NCBI GenBank assembly: GCA_964016885.1
Contig: OZ024746.1
Coordinates: 31,372,001-31,436,000, forward strand
Direction: 5' to 3'
Source: Eledone cirrhosa
Lineage: Eukaryota
DNA: 64,000 nt
A model generated the notes under the pieces. The model did no database searches. It was given only the letters and a program-made list of their open reading frames with translations, and was not told the DNA's origin. Below, piece after piece: positions 51,827 through 64,000 of this stretch (position 1 is the stretch's first letter; each line of letters starts with the position of its first letter). Both the position numbers and the translations under genes were made by a program.

Positions 51827-54800
51827 CCTTATGAAACCCTCTTCAGATTTTAGTCTTCACATTTATTATTACTATATATATATAATATGTGTGTGTGTGT
51901 GTATTAGTATGTTGTTTAAATAAAGATGGTGTTTCTCTGAAATATTTTATTTCTCTTTTCATTATAGAGTTCCTATACATTGGAAAACAACCTGGAAGGT
52001 CTCGCTACTGTCCTGGAGAATGATTTACCTAATTATAAGCACAAAATTCTGAAAATATTATTTGAATGGTCAGTTGTTTGGGTTTTTTTCTGGAGCTTTT
52101 AAAAATGATATGCTTTAATATTGTAGAGTCATCATTATTGTTTAACATCCATTGTGGTGGATTGGCAGTATCGGTAGAGGGTCGGACGCCATGCTTTGAC
52201 GCATAGAGTTATGGCCCTTGCCATTCTGAGTTCAAATCCCGCCGAGGTTAACTTTGCCTTTCATCCTTACGGGGTCAATAAAATAAAGTACCAGTAATGT
52301 ACTACGTAATTGCTGGCCTTATGCCAAAAGTAGAAACAATTATTGTTTAACATCCATTTTCCTTTCAAGCAAGAGTTAGACAGGTTGTCACAAACCAAGA
52401 CAGTACTTAATTGGAGCCACTGATCTCTCAGATGGATTGGGTGTGCATCTCGCTGACATACATTCCTACACACAACACAGTGCACTGGGGGCATTTTATC
52501 ATGTCACCAACATGAGAGAAGTTGTCATATATTTTGACATAACTGATGAGTTCTCTCAAACCTTTGTTTGCCAAATTTTCTATGGCTGGATGCCCTTCTT
52601 ATCACCACCTACTTTACAGTGTGTACTGGGTATGTTTTATTGTGTTGCTAATGATAGAGAGGTTGTCATGCTCTTGACACAACTGACATATTTGTGACCC
52701 TTTGTATATATTGTACATAATAATGTTTTTATAATGCTGTGTGTATCAAGATTAGAAGACACACACTTTATCCTTTTGTGTTTTAAGATGTGACAAAGGG
52801 TTGGTGTCAGGAAGGGTAACTGGCTGTAAAACAATGTCTCAAAAATCCTTCCCATCAAAGAAATGGCCATCTTCTATTTGCAGAAAAGGAATAGATAGAA
52901 ATTCCATCCTGCGTAAATGTTGTGTGTATGAGAAATGTAAAGATATCAAAGGCAGACTAACTGGGAATAGAGATTGTGTATGTGGCAAATAGTCAAGGGT
53001 AGCTAGTAGTAAGATTACCAGTGAAATATTCTCTTTCCATTCCATAGGAGTTTCCCCAGAAGTAGTTGATAGCTTCTATTACCTAGGTAACCTAATTAGC
53101 AGTGGAGGAGTGTGTTCTGAAAGAATAGTAGTCAGAATAAGAATAGGTTAGAAAAGGTTTAAGGAGATACAACCTCTGCTAACATGGCATTGAATGCAGA
53201 AGATGTGTGAAGATTGAAAAGAAATGGAGTGAGCATGCTTCAATAGATATATGATGTTAATGAGCATGAAAGATGTAGAGGAGCTGAGAGAAAACTGGGC
53301 ATAAGAGGAATCAGATGTGTTAGAGAAAAGATAGTGTTAATGTGGACATATGATATATATGGATGGTGTTTGTTAGGTGAAAAAGTGGCAGGAGTTCCCA
53401 GTGGAAAGACGGTGCAATAGAAGAAAACTTGGGTAAAGGTGGTGAGAGCTGAACATCACAGAGATGATGATGAAAGAATAGAATAAGTCAAGGGGGGGAG
53501 GGGGGCTGTGTTGAAATAGACTGGTCCAACAAGTGTGGGGAGTATGTTGGAATAGACTGGTCCAACAAATGGAGGGGTGCTGTGTTAGAATAGACTGGTC
53601 CAACAAGTGGAGGAGGACTTGGAATACCCGAGTCCAACAAATGGAAAGGGGGGGGGGGGGCTATGTTGGAATAGACTGGTCCAACCCATGCAAACATATA
53701 AAAAAAGAATGTAAGAATGATGATGATGAAGTTTAAGTGTAGAATTTTCATAACTTCCATTTTTGTTCTTTTTCCTCCTTTTCTTCAGTGTTCTGAGATT
53801 ACCAGAGAAGTTAACAATTTACACAACTTTGGTGGGATTACTGAATGCCAAAAACTACAACTGTGGTGGCGAGGTATTTATCTTCTTTATTACATATGAT
53901 AAACATTATCACCACCACATATGATAAACATCGTTATTACCACCACATATGATAAACCTTGTTATCACCAGCACACATAATAAACATCATTATCAACATT
54001 ACATATGATAAATATTATCACCACTACATATGATAAACATCGTTATCACAACCACATGATAAGCATCGTTATCACCACCACACATAACATCATTATCACC
54101 ACCACATCTAATAAACATCATCACCATCATATATGATAAACATCATTTATGATCTTTAATGATTTTAAAATTAGAACATAAATCCTGTTAAAAATATGGT
54201 GACAAAACAATTAACAAACTAACTAATTTAATTAATTATTTTTATTTCTTCAAAGTTTGTGGAAATGTTGGTCCGAAATTTGAAGGAATGCCTGAAAGCT
54301 GGTTATTTTGAACCTGCTAGAATAATGGTAAGGACTTGTTCAATATTTCGTATTGTGCTAATAATAATGGTTTCTGATTTAGGTATAAAGCCAATAATTT
54401 TTGGGCAGGGGAAAGTCAATTATATAGACACCAATATTTAACTGGTACTTTATTTTATTGAACCAGGAAGGTGGAAGGCAAAGTTGACTGTGGCAGGATT
54501 TGTATTTTATTTTATTGACACCAGAAGGATTTGAATGAAACAAATGCTGCAAAACATTATATCCAGCTACAAGTCTCATCAGTAGCTTGCAGTAGGTTGT
54601 CTCCTGGTAACTTCCAATTTCCTTTATGTAAAATCTATCTAACTCCTCTTCTCTCTTGTCATATGCATCACATTGGGCTTTTCTAAATCTATATTTAACA
54701 GGCAGGTCCTTTAGCTTCCTTATTCTCACCCTTGATATTTTCCTGCTATTCTTGTTCCATCTTGTGCTTATTCTGATGTCACTAACTAACCTATATTATG

Positions 54801-57800
54801 TAGTGCATTCTTTGGAGATAGGCATAGCATTCATAACCAACTGTCTATCCCATATAATATGATATATGTATATATAAAATATGTGTATTTAAATATTTGT
54901 GTATATATAATGTGTGTGCAACTAATGTAGGCATATATATGTATATAATGTGTATATATAATGTATGTATATATAAAATATGTATATAAGACTAACATTT
55001 ATTTTATTAACCTCTGAATTGATGATTAAAAAAAAATTTCTCATTGATTTAAAAAATATTTTCAGGTTCGTTTTCTGTGTGACCTTGTCAACTGTCAAGT
55101 GATTGTTGCAGGATCATTGTTGTCAATGTTTGACAATTTTGTTGAAGTGACGCTTGAAGAAAACATTCCTCAGGTTTATTAACATTTTTACCTATAAATT
55201 TTATCATCATCTTTTAATGTCTGTTCTCCCTGTTAGTTGCTAAGGTTTGGCAGGTCATCATAGACCAAGTTGGCACCCAACCAGAGCAACTGACCACTCA
55301 GGCAGGATAGCAGGTGCATCCTTCTTATATATGTTATTGACTCTACAGAGTGTACTGGATGTTTTATGGCTCCAACACTAGAGAGGTCACGTTTGTGAGA
55401 CAACTGAAGAGTCTTCTCAACTCTCATACTTTATAGTTGTTGTCCTCCTCAACATTCTGTTATCATTTCTAAGCTGTTGAATGGAAACTAGGATCCCAGC
55501 ATTTATGAAGAATGTATAAGAAACATTTCCCTGGAAATGTTTCTTATTCATACATACACAATTACATATAAACACACAAATCCTTGCAACAATACATATA
55601 TATGCATACATACATATACTTATATATGTATACTCAAATTGTACATACACACATAGACTTACACATATACACTAATCATATGATAAAACTGAAAGTTGAT
55701 TAACCCTTTTGATTAGCAACCCAGCCAAAACCAGCTCTGGTTCTATGAAACAAAACCACCATTTAAAAGGTTTCTATTTAAATTAAAATCATCCTACTTA
55801 ATTTTATATAAAAACCATTTGTTAAATTACTAAATAATGAAATGATTCATAATTTTAGTAAATGTCTCAAAATTCTTCATTAATTAATTGAAATAGTGTA
55901 TTTCATTAGAAATACAGCCCTGAAAGGGTTAAAGTTTGTTGTACCAAAACTATTTTATGATACAAACTGACAGGAAATTGTAAGATGCATTTTAAAGTAT
56001 TGATATAATTTATTGCATCGTATGAGGTGGTTAGAGTGTTGGACTTGCTGCTGGTATTTAGTTTTTCTGCTTAGCAGATTGGAGTAATTTTAATATTAAA
56101 TAAAATTATTTGAAAATGTCACAAGTTTTTTCTGAATTCCTTCTAATTTTGCTGTTTCAGGTTCGATCTGATTTCTATGTCTATGCGGTTTTATCATCTC
56201 TTCCATGGGTAAGTGTTTCATATTTTGCTCATTATATAGATAGCTCTTCTCCATCCATCTATTCATCAATGGGCATTGAAATTTTGATAGAGTTTGAGGA
56301 GTGTGTTGGGCATTTTAAGATCTAGCAGTGCCCATCTTACTCCAGACAGAGAGAGAGAGACGAATCGGCCTCAGGCTGAACTGGTATTTCATTTATTGAC
56401 CTCAACTGGAATGAATATCACAAAGCATTCTGTTTGATGTTCTAACAATTCAGCTTATTCATCACCTTCAGATATCTCTTCTAACTCAATGTGAAGAGTG
56501 TTAGGGTGTTGATTTCATGACCATATGGTAATGGAGTATGAACTCCAAGTTGGGTAGCATGATGGGTCTTAGAGCAAGACACTTAAACCTACAGTAGACA
56601 GATGCCTTGTGTTACTACATCACCCTACATACCATCTCTACCCAATAGACAGGTGCCCTATGTTATTACAATACCCTACATACCATCTCTATCTAATAGA
56701 CAGGTGCCCTGTGTTATTATAATACCCTACATACCATCTCTACCCAATAGATAGGTGCCCTGTGTTACTACATCACCCTACATACCATCTCTACCCAATA
56801 GACAGGTGCCCTATGTTATTACAATACCCTACATACCATCTCTACTCAATAGACAGGTGCCCTGTATTACTACAATACCCTACATAACATCTCTACCTAC
56901 CTACCCAAAGACAGGTGCCCTGTTGAAAAAATATTTGATCAATCCAAAGAAGATCCATTAATATTTAATCCCCAACACACGAGCACACAATTAATGACTG
57001 ATGTTTCTTCTGTGTTTAGGTTGGCCGTGAATTGTACGAGAAAAAAGAGACAGAGTTAGACAAAGTAATGTTGGTCATTGAAAGCTATATCAAGTGAGTT
57101 GGCTTTATTTTTCTACTACCTGACTTATGGTTACTTTTACTGTCACACCAATGATTACTTTTACCACCAGACCAATGGTCTTTTTTACTACTAGATGTTA
57201 TATTGATTGTATTTACCATTATATTTCTAAATTTTCCCCTTATAATACCAAACTACATAAATCTGTCTCTGGTTCTACAATACTAAACTCTTTGTTTTAA
57301 AGTTTTTATATATATCTAAAACCTTTCTGTCATAACTTTATGTAAGTACCTTTACGTTATGTTCCAAACACCAGCATTATTTCTTGCATGATAATGAAAT
57401 GGTTGAAGTGTTTATATTTATCTAAAATCCTTCTATAATTTTATGTAAGAACCTTTGTTATGTTATGTTCCAAACACCAGATAAATAATGAAAATGTTAT
57501 TTTACTAAATCCCTCTAAATTTTTAATTAATTTCAAAATTATTTAAAAATCACAGGCAGCGTCTTTCATTAGGAATATGATAAGAAATGGGTTAATGACT
57601 TAGACAGTGTTTTCCATTAGAAATATGGTAATGAAAGGGTTAAACACATATTTATTTATTTATTTTCTCTTTTATAGTAAAAGATCAAAATCTCATGTTG
57701 CTGCACTGCAAGTTTGGTCCAAAGATACGCCCCATCCTCAGGAAGAGGTAAGTTTTATTTCTTTAATCCAAAGTGATATATATCATCATCACCATTTAGC

Positions 57801-60800
57801 GTCCATTTTCCATGCTTGCATGGGTTAGATTGGTCGTCCATGCCGGGAGGCAAGTCACCAAGGTTGTCCAACAAGGACTGTAAATTTGGAAAGTATATTT
57901 TACAGCTGGGGATGCCCTTCTTAACACCAACCACATTTACTGTGTGGAACTGGATGGCTCCGTTATGAGGAATGACTGGCCAGTTGGCTGCACCAAACCC
58001 GTCTCACAGCAGAACCGTAGTTTTGAAGCCCGGTATTAGATGGCACCGATACGAAGAGCCTAACCCATCTCAATGTAGCCATAGTTTTTGGTCGAAGATA
58101 TAAAGTAGCAGAAACACACTGGGGTCGATTTAATTGACTTCCATCTCCCTCAAAATTGCTGGCCTTATGTGAAGATTAGAAACCATTATTAATAATATTT
58201 CTTTGTTTTTGTTTTGTTTGTAGTACTTGGATTGTTTGTGGGCTCAGATAAAGAATCTTCGCAATAATAAATGGATGGAGAGGCAGATTCTTCGGCCATA
58301 CTTAGCATTTGATAATGTTCTCTGTGAGGCTTTACAACACACTTTACCCCAAATTAGCCCTCCACCACATCATGAAGACACAATCTACCCATTACCCTCT
58401 GTAGTTTTCCGTATGTTTGACTACACTGACATGCCTGAGGTAAGTGCTCTCTTGTAAGTATTCAATTCCTATGGAGTCTTCTCCAAATTACAGTAACTAT
58501 TTAATAAATTTGGAATATAGTTGACAGATATGATAGAGAGATATATACATGTGACACTAGTCATATTTCTTCCCTCCCTTGTTGAAACTTGATAATTTAT
58601 GTATATGAAATCTTATGATTGCCTCATGCTCTCAACATACAGAATTATGAATGTGTTACCTTGGAAGATAACAAGGGAGATGTGTTGAAAAGGCCAGTCC
58701 ACCTCAAGGGGCTCGTCCATGTGGATGGCCATCTCTTTCTTGGAAATAAAATCTTCACCATTATTTAATGTCTGCTTTCCCTGCTAGCAAGAGTTGGCTG
58801 GATTGTCACAAAGTCTACTGACTTAATCGGAGCCACTGACCTCTCAAATGGGTCAGGGGTTGTATCTTGCTTATATTACTACTGACCCATTGGCAAGTTT
58901 TCTATAGCTCGATGCCCTTCCCATTATCAACCATTTTACAAAATAAATTTTCTCTTGGTTTATCTTACTGCTGTTGTTTAGCCATATGTCAGTTATGGTA
59001 AAAAAGACCTATGATCAAAGACATTCCAGCTGTGATCATCAATCCAGTTTTTTTGTATGACAGGGACTACATTGTTTAATGTATCTTTTTTTCATTTAAG
59101 AGCTTAGGGGTGATTTCACTGTTGTTTCTAATGGGTTAAGTGGCCACATATTAGTATTCTTTGAGGGAGATTTGGCTACTATCTCAAACAGGTAAAGTAA
59201 CCATATAGAAGCTCTCCTTTTATTTATGTTTCTATGGAAAAAAACGGATCTTATAAATTGTCATTTTTGTCACCGTCTCTAGAGTCCTGTCCTACCAGGG
59301 AGCCACTCAATTGAACGTTATTTAATTGAAGACCAACTACACAACATCATATCTAGAAACCATCTTGAAAGAAAAGAATGGTAAGAAGTGTTTTACTTTC
59401 ATCAATACACCTTTACTACCTGGTCTTTGATATCAAACTACCTGAAACAGGCTCTGCTTTTATGATACAAGGTCATTTGTTTTAAAGTGTTCACAGTCAA
59501 CCCCTTCCTTAATGGAAGACACTGTCTACAATTTCCAGTTTTTTTAAATATTTAGAGAGGTTTAGTAATGAAACTAACTTTCTCATTATTAAGTTAGTGT
59601 TTATAACACAACTTAAGAAAGGTTCTTACATAAAATTATGATGGAAGGTTTTTAAATAAATATAAACACTTGAAAGTAATCAGTTTTGTATCATGTTTTC
59701 AGGTGGTTTGATATCCAAAGGGTTAAATTAAAATCTTCCATTATAATTATATTTAAGAAAAGTTTTAAAGTTATATTTTCAAGCTCCAGGAAGAAATATT
59801 TAATAGAAAACATCATGTTTACATATGTTGGTGTGTGTATTTACAGTTTCAGTTAAATGTCTGTATATTTACACAGCTTCAGATATATATGATGAAGATA
59901 TGTACAAGAACAGAATATATGTTCTGTTCTTGTACATGTCATCATCATCATCGTAATTCAGTTTTTCCTGCTGGCAAAAATTCAATGTACTCTATTTATT
60001 CATAAAAACCATTACTAATCTATTTTCAGTGCAACAATACTTGTTGGTCTTCAGAATGAGAACAAAATACCTTTAAATTATATGATTGTTGAGGTTAGTA
60101 TTTCTAACAAGTTTTTCTACTTTCAAATTTATATTTTTTCATTATTTTGCTCTTAAGTAGACTTAATAACTTATCCCTATGTGTTTAAAGAGGTCTATAT
60201 ATATATACAAGTGGAAGCTTAGTAAAATCAAAGCTTTGGCTGTGGCCAAGCTAACGACCTACAATTAGGAATGAGCAGCAAAGCACTCAATAAGGTAGGC
60301 CCTTAGAGTAATAATATATGTTTAGACAGCTTGACAAATTGAAAATTGCAGCAGTTAGACCTAGCCACACAATACCAAAACCAAAGAAAAAAAATAATCA
60401 GATTAGACAACTGACCTGGGCATATCGAACGATATTTTGCAATACGTCCGATAGGTTTCTATGAATTCGAAATCACCCATCCAGCTTACGTAATATGTAA
60501 GCCTGTGGTATTCCATGATCGAACAGAGGATTCACGTCATCAACAGGAAATTTTGTTCTATGCCTCAAGCTGGTGTGGAGTGTAATGTTGAACTGCTATA
60601 TATGTGTATATATACACACACACACACACACACTATAAATGAGAGTGTATATGTGTATGTCTCCAAAAGGCTCCGAAACGATGCATCCTAGAGAAAAGCA
60701 GTTTTCATTTTCAAAATAGTGTCACAAGGAGAATGTTAGTTATCAAAAAATGTAATTGCTACGAGATATAAATCAACTTCAAGATCACCAATATTGAATG

Positions 60801-63663
60801 TCATTACTTTCCACAGGAAAAAATAAAGTCATAGTTTCTCAACAGACCTTGTATAAATATTTGTGTGTATATAAGTAGCTGTTAAAGAATATCCACCCTG
60901 CTTTTTCTGACTCTTCATGTTTTCTAAACAATGATTTAAAATGTGCTGTTTTACAAAATATTTCTGTCTCTCTCTCTGTAGGTTATGTTTGCTCAGCTCC
61001 TGAATTTACCACGACCCCCAATATTGGAGTTGTTCTATGGTTCCACATTAATTGAACTCTGCAAGTTACAACCCAACTCCATGCCACAAGTCGTATCCTT
61101 CTTCACACACAATCACTTCTCCCCTTTCAAACATTTTTCTTTCTAATTTGAAATGTCGATATTCAAACATAGAAGCGCTACAATAATAACATTAGAAATC
61201 AATGTATGTCTCAATAATGTATGTCTCAATAAATCATAAGATTTGTTTACTTTTCTGTTTAAATGGCAGTCATTAACCCCTTTCATTATCATATTTCTAA
61301 TGAAATGCGCTGCCTTTATCATTAACCCTTTCATTACTATATTTCTAATGAAATATACTGCCTATGCTTTCAAATAATTTTGAAAATAATCAAAAATTAG
61401 TAGGGATTTTGTAATATAACTAACTTTCTTATTATTAATCTAGTGTTTGGAACAACTCAACAAAGGTCCTTAAATAAAATTATGATGGAAGATTTTTTTA
61501 AATCTCAACATAAACTCTTTAAAATAAGCAGTTCTGTATCATAAAAGCAAGGCTAGTTTCAGGTGGTTTGGTAACAAAATGGTTGAATACCTTGGTATTA
61601 CTTTTAGTTCATTGTGCTCTGAGTTCAAATCCCATTGAATTTAACTTCACCTTTCAATCTTCGATAAATTTATGTACCAGTCCATGGGGTGGTAAGGTAG
61701 ATAGGTGGAGTTTTTAAAGAAGTCAGACAAAGCTTTGCTGTATCTGATCTATCACTGTGTTAACTATGTTTGAGTCTTTTAGCCTTCTGCCAGAAGTTGT
61801 GACCAACAGATAATATCAGCAATGGAAAGACTAATGGAAACATTGTTTACTTGGTTCGATTTGATGATCAGCTTCTTTCCTCTGACAGGAATTGTGACCA
61901 ACAGATAGATTCAGCAATAGAAAGACAAATGGAAACATTGTTTCCTTGGTCCAATCTAATAATTGACCTGTTTCCTCTTTAGTCATGAAAAGGAATGGGC
62001 AGAGTCAGTGACCCTTTTTCAGTCCTTCAAAAGGAAGAAAGTATGGTATTTTCAAATCAGAGACCTGGTCTAAATATCTATAAAGGACTGGATTCTACTA
62101 AAGCCTACCATGTGTGACCAGAGAGTTTGGTTCAGACTGGACTCCACTAAAGGCTTCCATGTGTGACCAGAGGGTTTTGTTGTTAAAAGCAGGTGACAAC
62201 GTATTTGGGAGGAACTTCATCCCTTCTTATCTTATCAGTATCAGAGATTCTGAAAAAAAACAAGGGTCATTGGCTCTGCATAACTCTCCCTCCTTTGAAA
62301 TGAAAATCATAATTGTTGTAAAATCCTGGATTGTTTTGTAATCGTCATACATCAATTTTCTATGCTCAGATGGGGTAATCAGTTTGTTACATTCTGAGGA
62401 TAGACCAGTCAGGTCTTATTCATATGTTCCATCATGGCATGATTTTTCTGGCTGGATGCCCTTCTTAACACCAACCACTTCATGGCATGTACCGGGTGTG
62501 TTTTATGGCACCAGCACTACCACTTTACAGGCTGGACTAGGTGCTTTTTTAATCACACTTACACTACCACATTTCAAGACTAGAGTGCTCATTGTAGTAC
62601 ATATATATTGGTGTCTGTGTTTGTACTGTAGTGTAGGTTGTTAAGTTTAAAGAATCATCATCGTTTAACGTCTATCTTCCACACTAGCATGGGTTTAGAT
62701 GGGAATTGTCCCACTTGAGGCAAGATTGGTTGTCTCGCTCGTATAGGACTGTCTGGCAGGTTTTCTACGGCTGGATGCCCTTCCTAACACCAACCACGTT
62801 TACAGTGTGGACTGGGAGGTTTTTGTTGTGACACCTACACAACCTCATTTATTTAGGACTGGATGTTGTGGTACCAACATAACTTTACAGAAAAAGGGGT
62901 GGTGTTGATGGGGTTGGGAGTAGAGGTAGTGGGATGGGTGTGTATATTTGGTCAAGAGGTGCCTACTGACTGTAGGTTTCGCTTTTTCGCGGGTCTTCTG
63001 TATTACTGCTTAGCAGCCAAGATCTCGGTCCAGTGACATTGTCTTGGAGAGGTGTAAGTGTGTGAGGTCGGAATTTATAAAATTGTCCCAGGTTTTTCTG
63101 GGTCTGCCTACTCCGTAACTTCCATCAATTTTGATCGCCCTGCACTTTTTTATACAGCTGTCGTCTTTCATGCGCATCACGTGACCATACCAACGTAGTC
63201 TTCTCTCGAGTAAACAGCATCTGATCCCTCTTATTCCTAATTTCTCACTTAGTTTATTTATGCTTTGCCGTTTGCGTATATTACTATTACACATCCAACG
63301 GAGCATGCAAGCTTCGTTCCTCTCCAGTCTGCGCAGATCCTCTGCACACAATGTCCATGTCTCACTGCCATGTAACATTGCTGTTCGTATGCAGGCATCA
63401 TACAGTCCGCCTTTCATTTTTAGAGAGAAACCTTCAGCGGCTAATAGTGGTATAAGCTCTCTGAACTTTTTCCATCCCGTTCTGACTCTGGCTACAGTAC
63501 TTTCAGAGCACCCTCCACCACTGCTGATTTTGTCACCCAGGTAAGAATATTGTGTTGTATATATTGGTGTCTGTGTGTTTCCTTAACATTATTTCCAGTT
63601 GGCCCAAGCAACAGAGATGCTCTTTGACAGAATAGAATCCATGAAGACGACATGTATTGTGAG
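48119..63663 (+). CDS. NCBP1: Nuclear cap-binding protein subunit 1 (CBP80), 5' 14 coding exons; continues past window
   Basis: Exons 48119-48161, 51035-51120, 51968-52068, 53789-53873, 54256-54327, 55066-55173, 56161-56208, 57020-57093, 57678-57747, 58224-58439, 59283-59380, 60030-60093, 60982-61092, 63599-63663. [90 protein letters not shown]. Confidence 0.97.
50285..50490 (+). mobile_element. Penelope-like element ORF remnant
   Basis: [39 protein letters not shown] resembles the PLE post-RT H..S..P..K..I..NGYP region. Confidence 0.6.
52845..53475 (+). mobile_element. Degenerate RTE ORF 3' fragment
   Basis: [36 protein letters not shown] homologous to 44900-45240. Confidence 0.8.
56595..56925. 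repeat. ~51-nt minisatellite (agacaggtgccctgtgttactacaataccctacataccatctctacccaat)
   Basis: About 6 well-conserved units. Confidence 0.9.
61093..63598 (+). other. U12-type (minor spliceosome) GT-AG intron of NCBP1
   Basis: 5' site GTATCCTT at 61093; branch point TTTCCTTAAC at 63578-63587, 11 nt before the end of CAG (63598); no long pyrimidine tract; reading frame PQV|LAQ is continuous. Confidence 0.93.
62655..63544 (-). mobile_element. RTE LINE 3' fragment inside the U12 intron
   Basis: Strongly similar to 44060-45000 ([35 protein letters not shown]), with 3' UTR and (GAT)n tail. Confidence 0.93.
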
Positions 63664-64000
63664 GTAATAACAGTATTGCTGTATATATATATATATGTAA
63701 AAAGTAAACAAAAATACACTTGCAATAATAGGAAATGAGTCTTAACTTAATATGTTGACTAAGCTCACATTTGTGCATGTGCAGATACACACACATTTGT
63801 ACACCTACATCCAATGTCACTCCCTTTACTGGTCAGTTCACCTGCACACAGGCAGCAACTCTTGAAGCCACAAGCTTCATAGCCTCACAGCTTTGTACCC
63901 TGTTAAATGAAGATGATGATGATGACATATTTCTGTGTAGCTATAAATGAAAACAAACAGAAAAGTGGTGTTAAAACTTAATGGATGTAGAAAATATTTG

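Overview
AT-rich, intron- and repeat-rich animal genomic DNA. The repeat set (RTE LINEs, tRNA-derived SINEs with (GAT)n tails, long (TA)n tracts) suggests a mollusc, probably an octopus; this is an inference. Three spliced genes were reconstructed by hand with consistent GT-AG boundaries and phases. (1) A + strand annexin with two complete tetrads (8 repeats, 2893-19955), possibly 5'-incomplete. (2) A - strand TUT1/Star-PAP-like terminal nucleotidyltransferase (~899 aa, 24614-37723) with a second intact copy of its first coding exon at 41067-41109 and an atypical nucleotide-recognition motif. (3) A + strand NCBP1/CBP80 (48119 to beyond the window end) with a U12-type intron at 61093-63598. Non-coding DNA carries RTE, CR1, CRE-like, Gypsy and Penelope remnants, mariner and hAT MITEs, SINEs and minisatellites. 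The most unusual signal is a recurring ORF-less fold-back element sitting in (TA)n tracts and carrying minimal hammerhead-ribozyme motifs in both arms (6421-7133, 46830-47150; degenerate relatives elsewhere). All of this was read by eye; no searches or folding programs were run.
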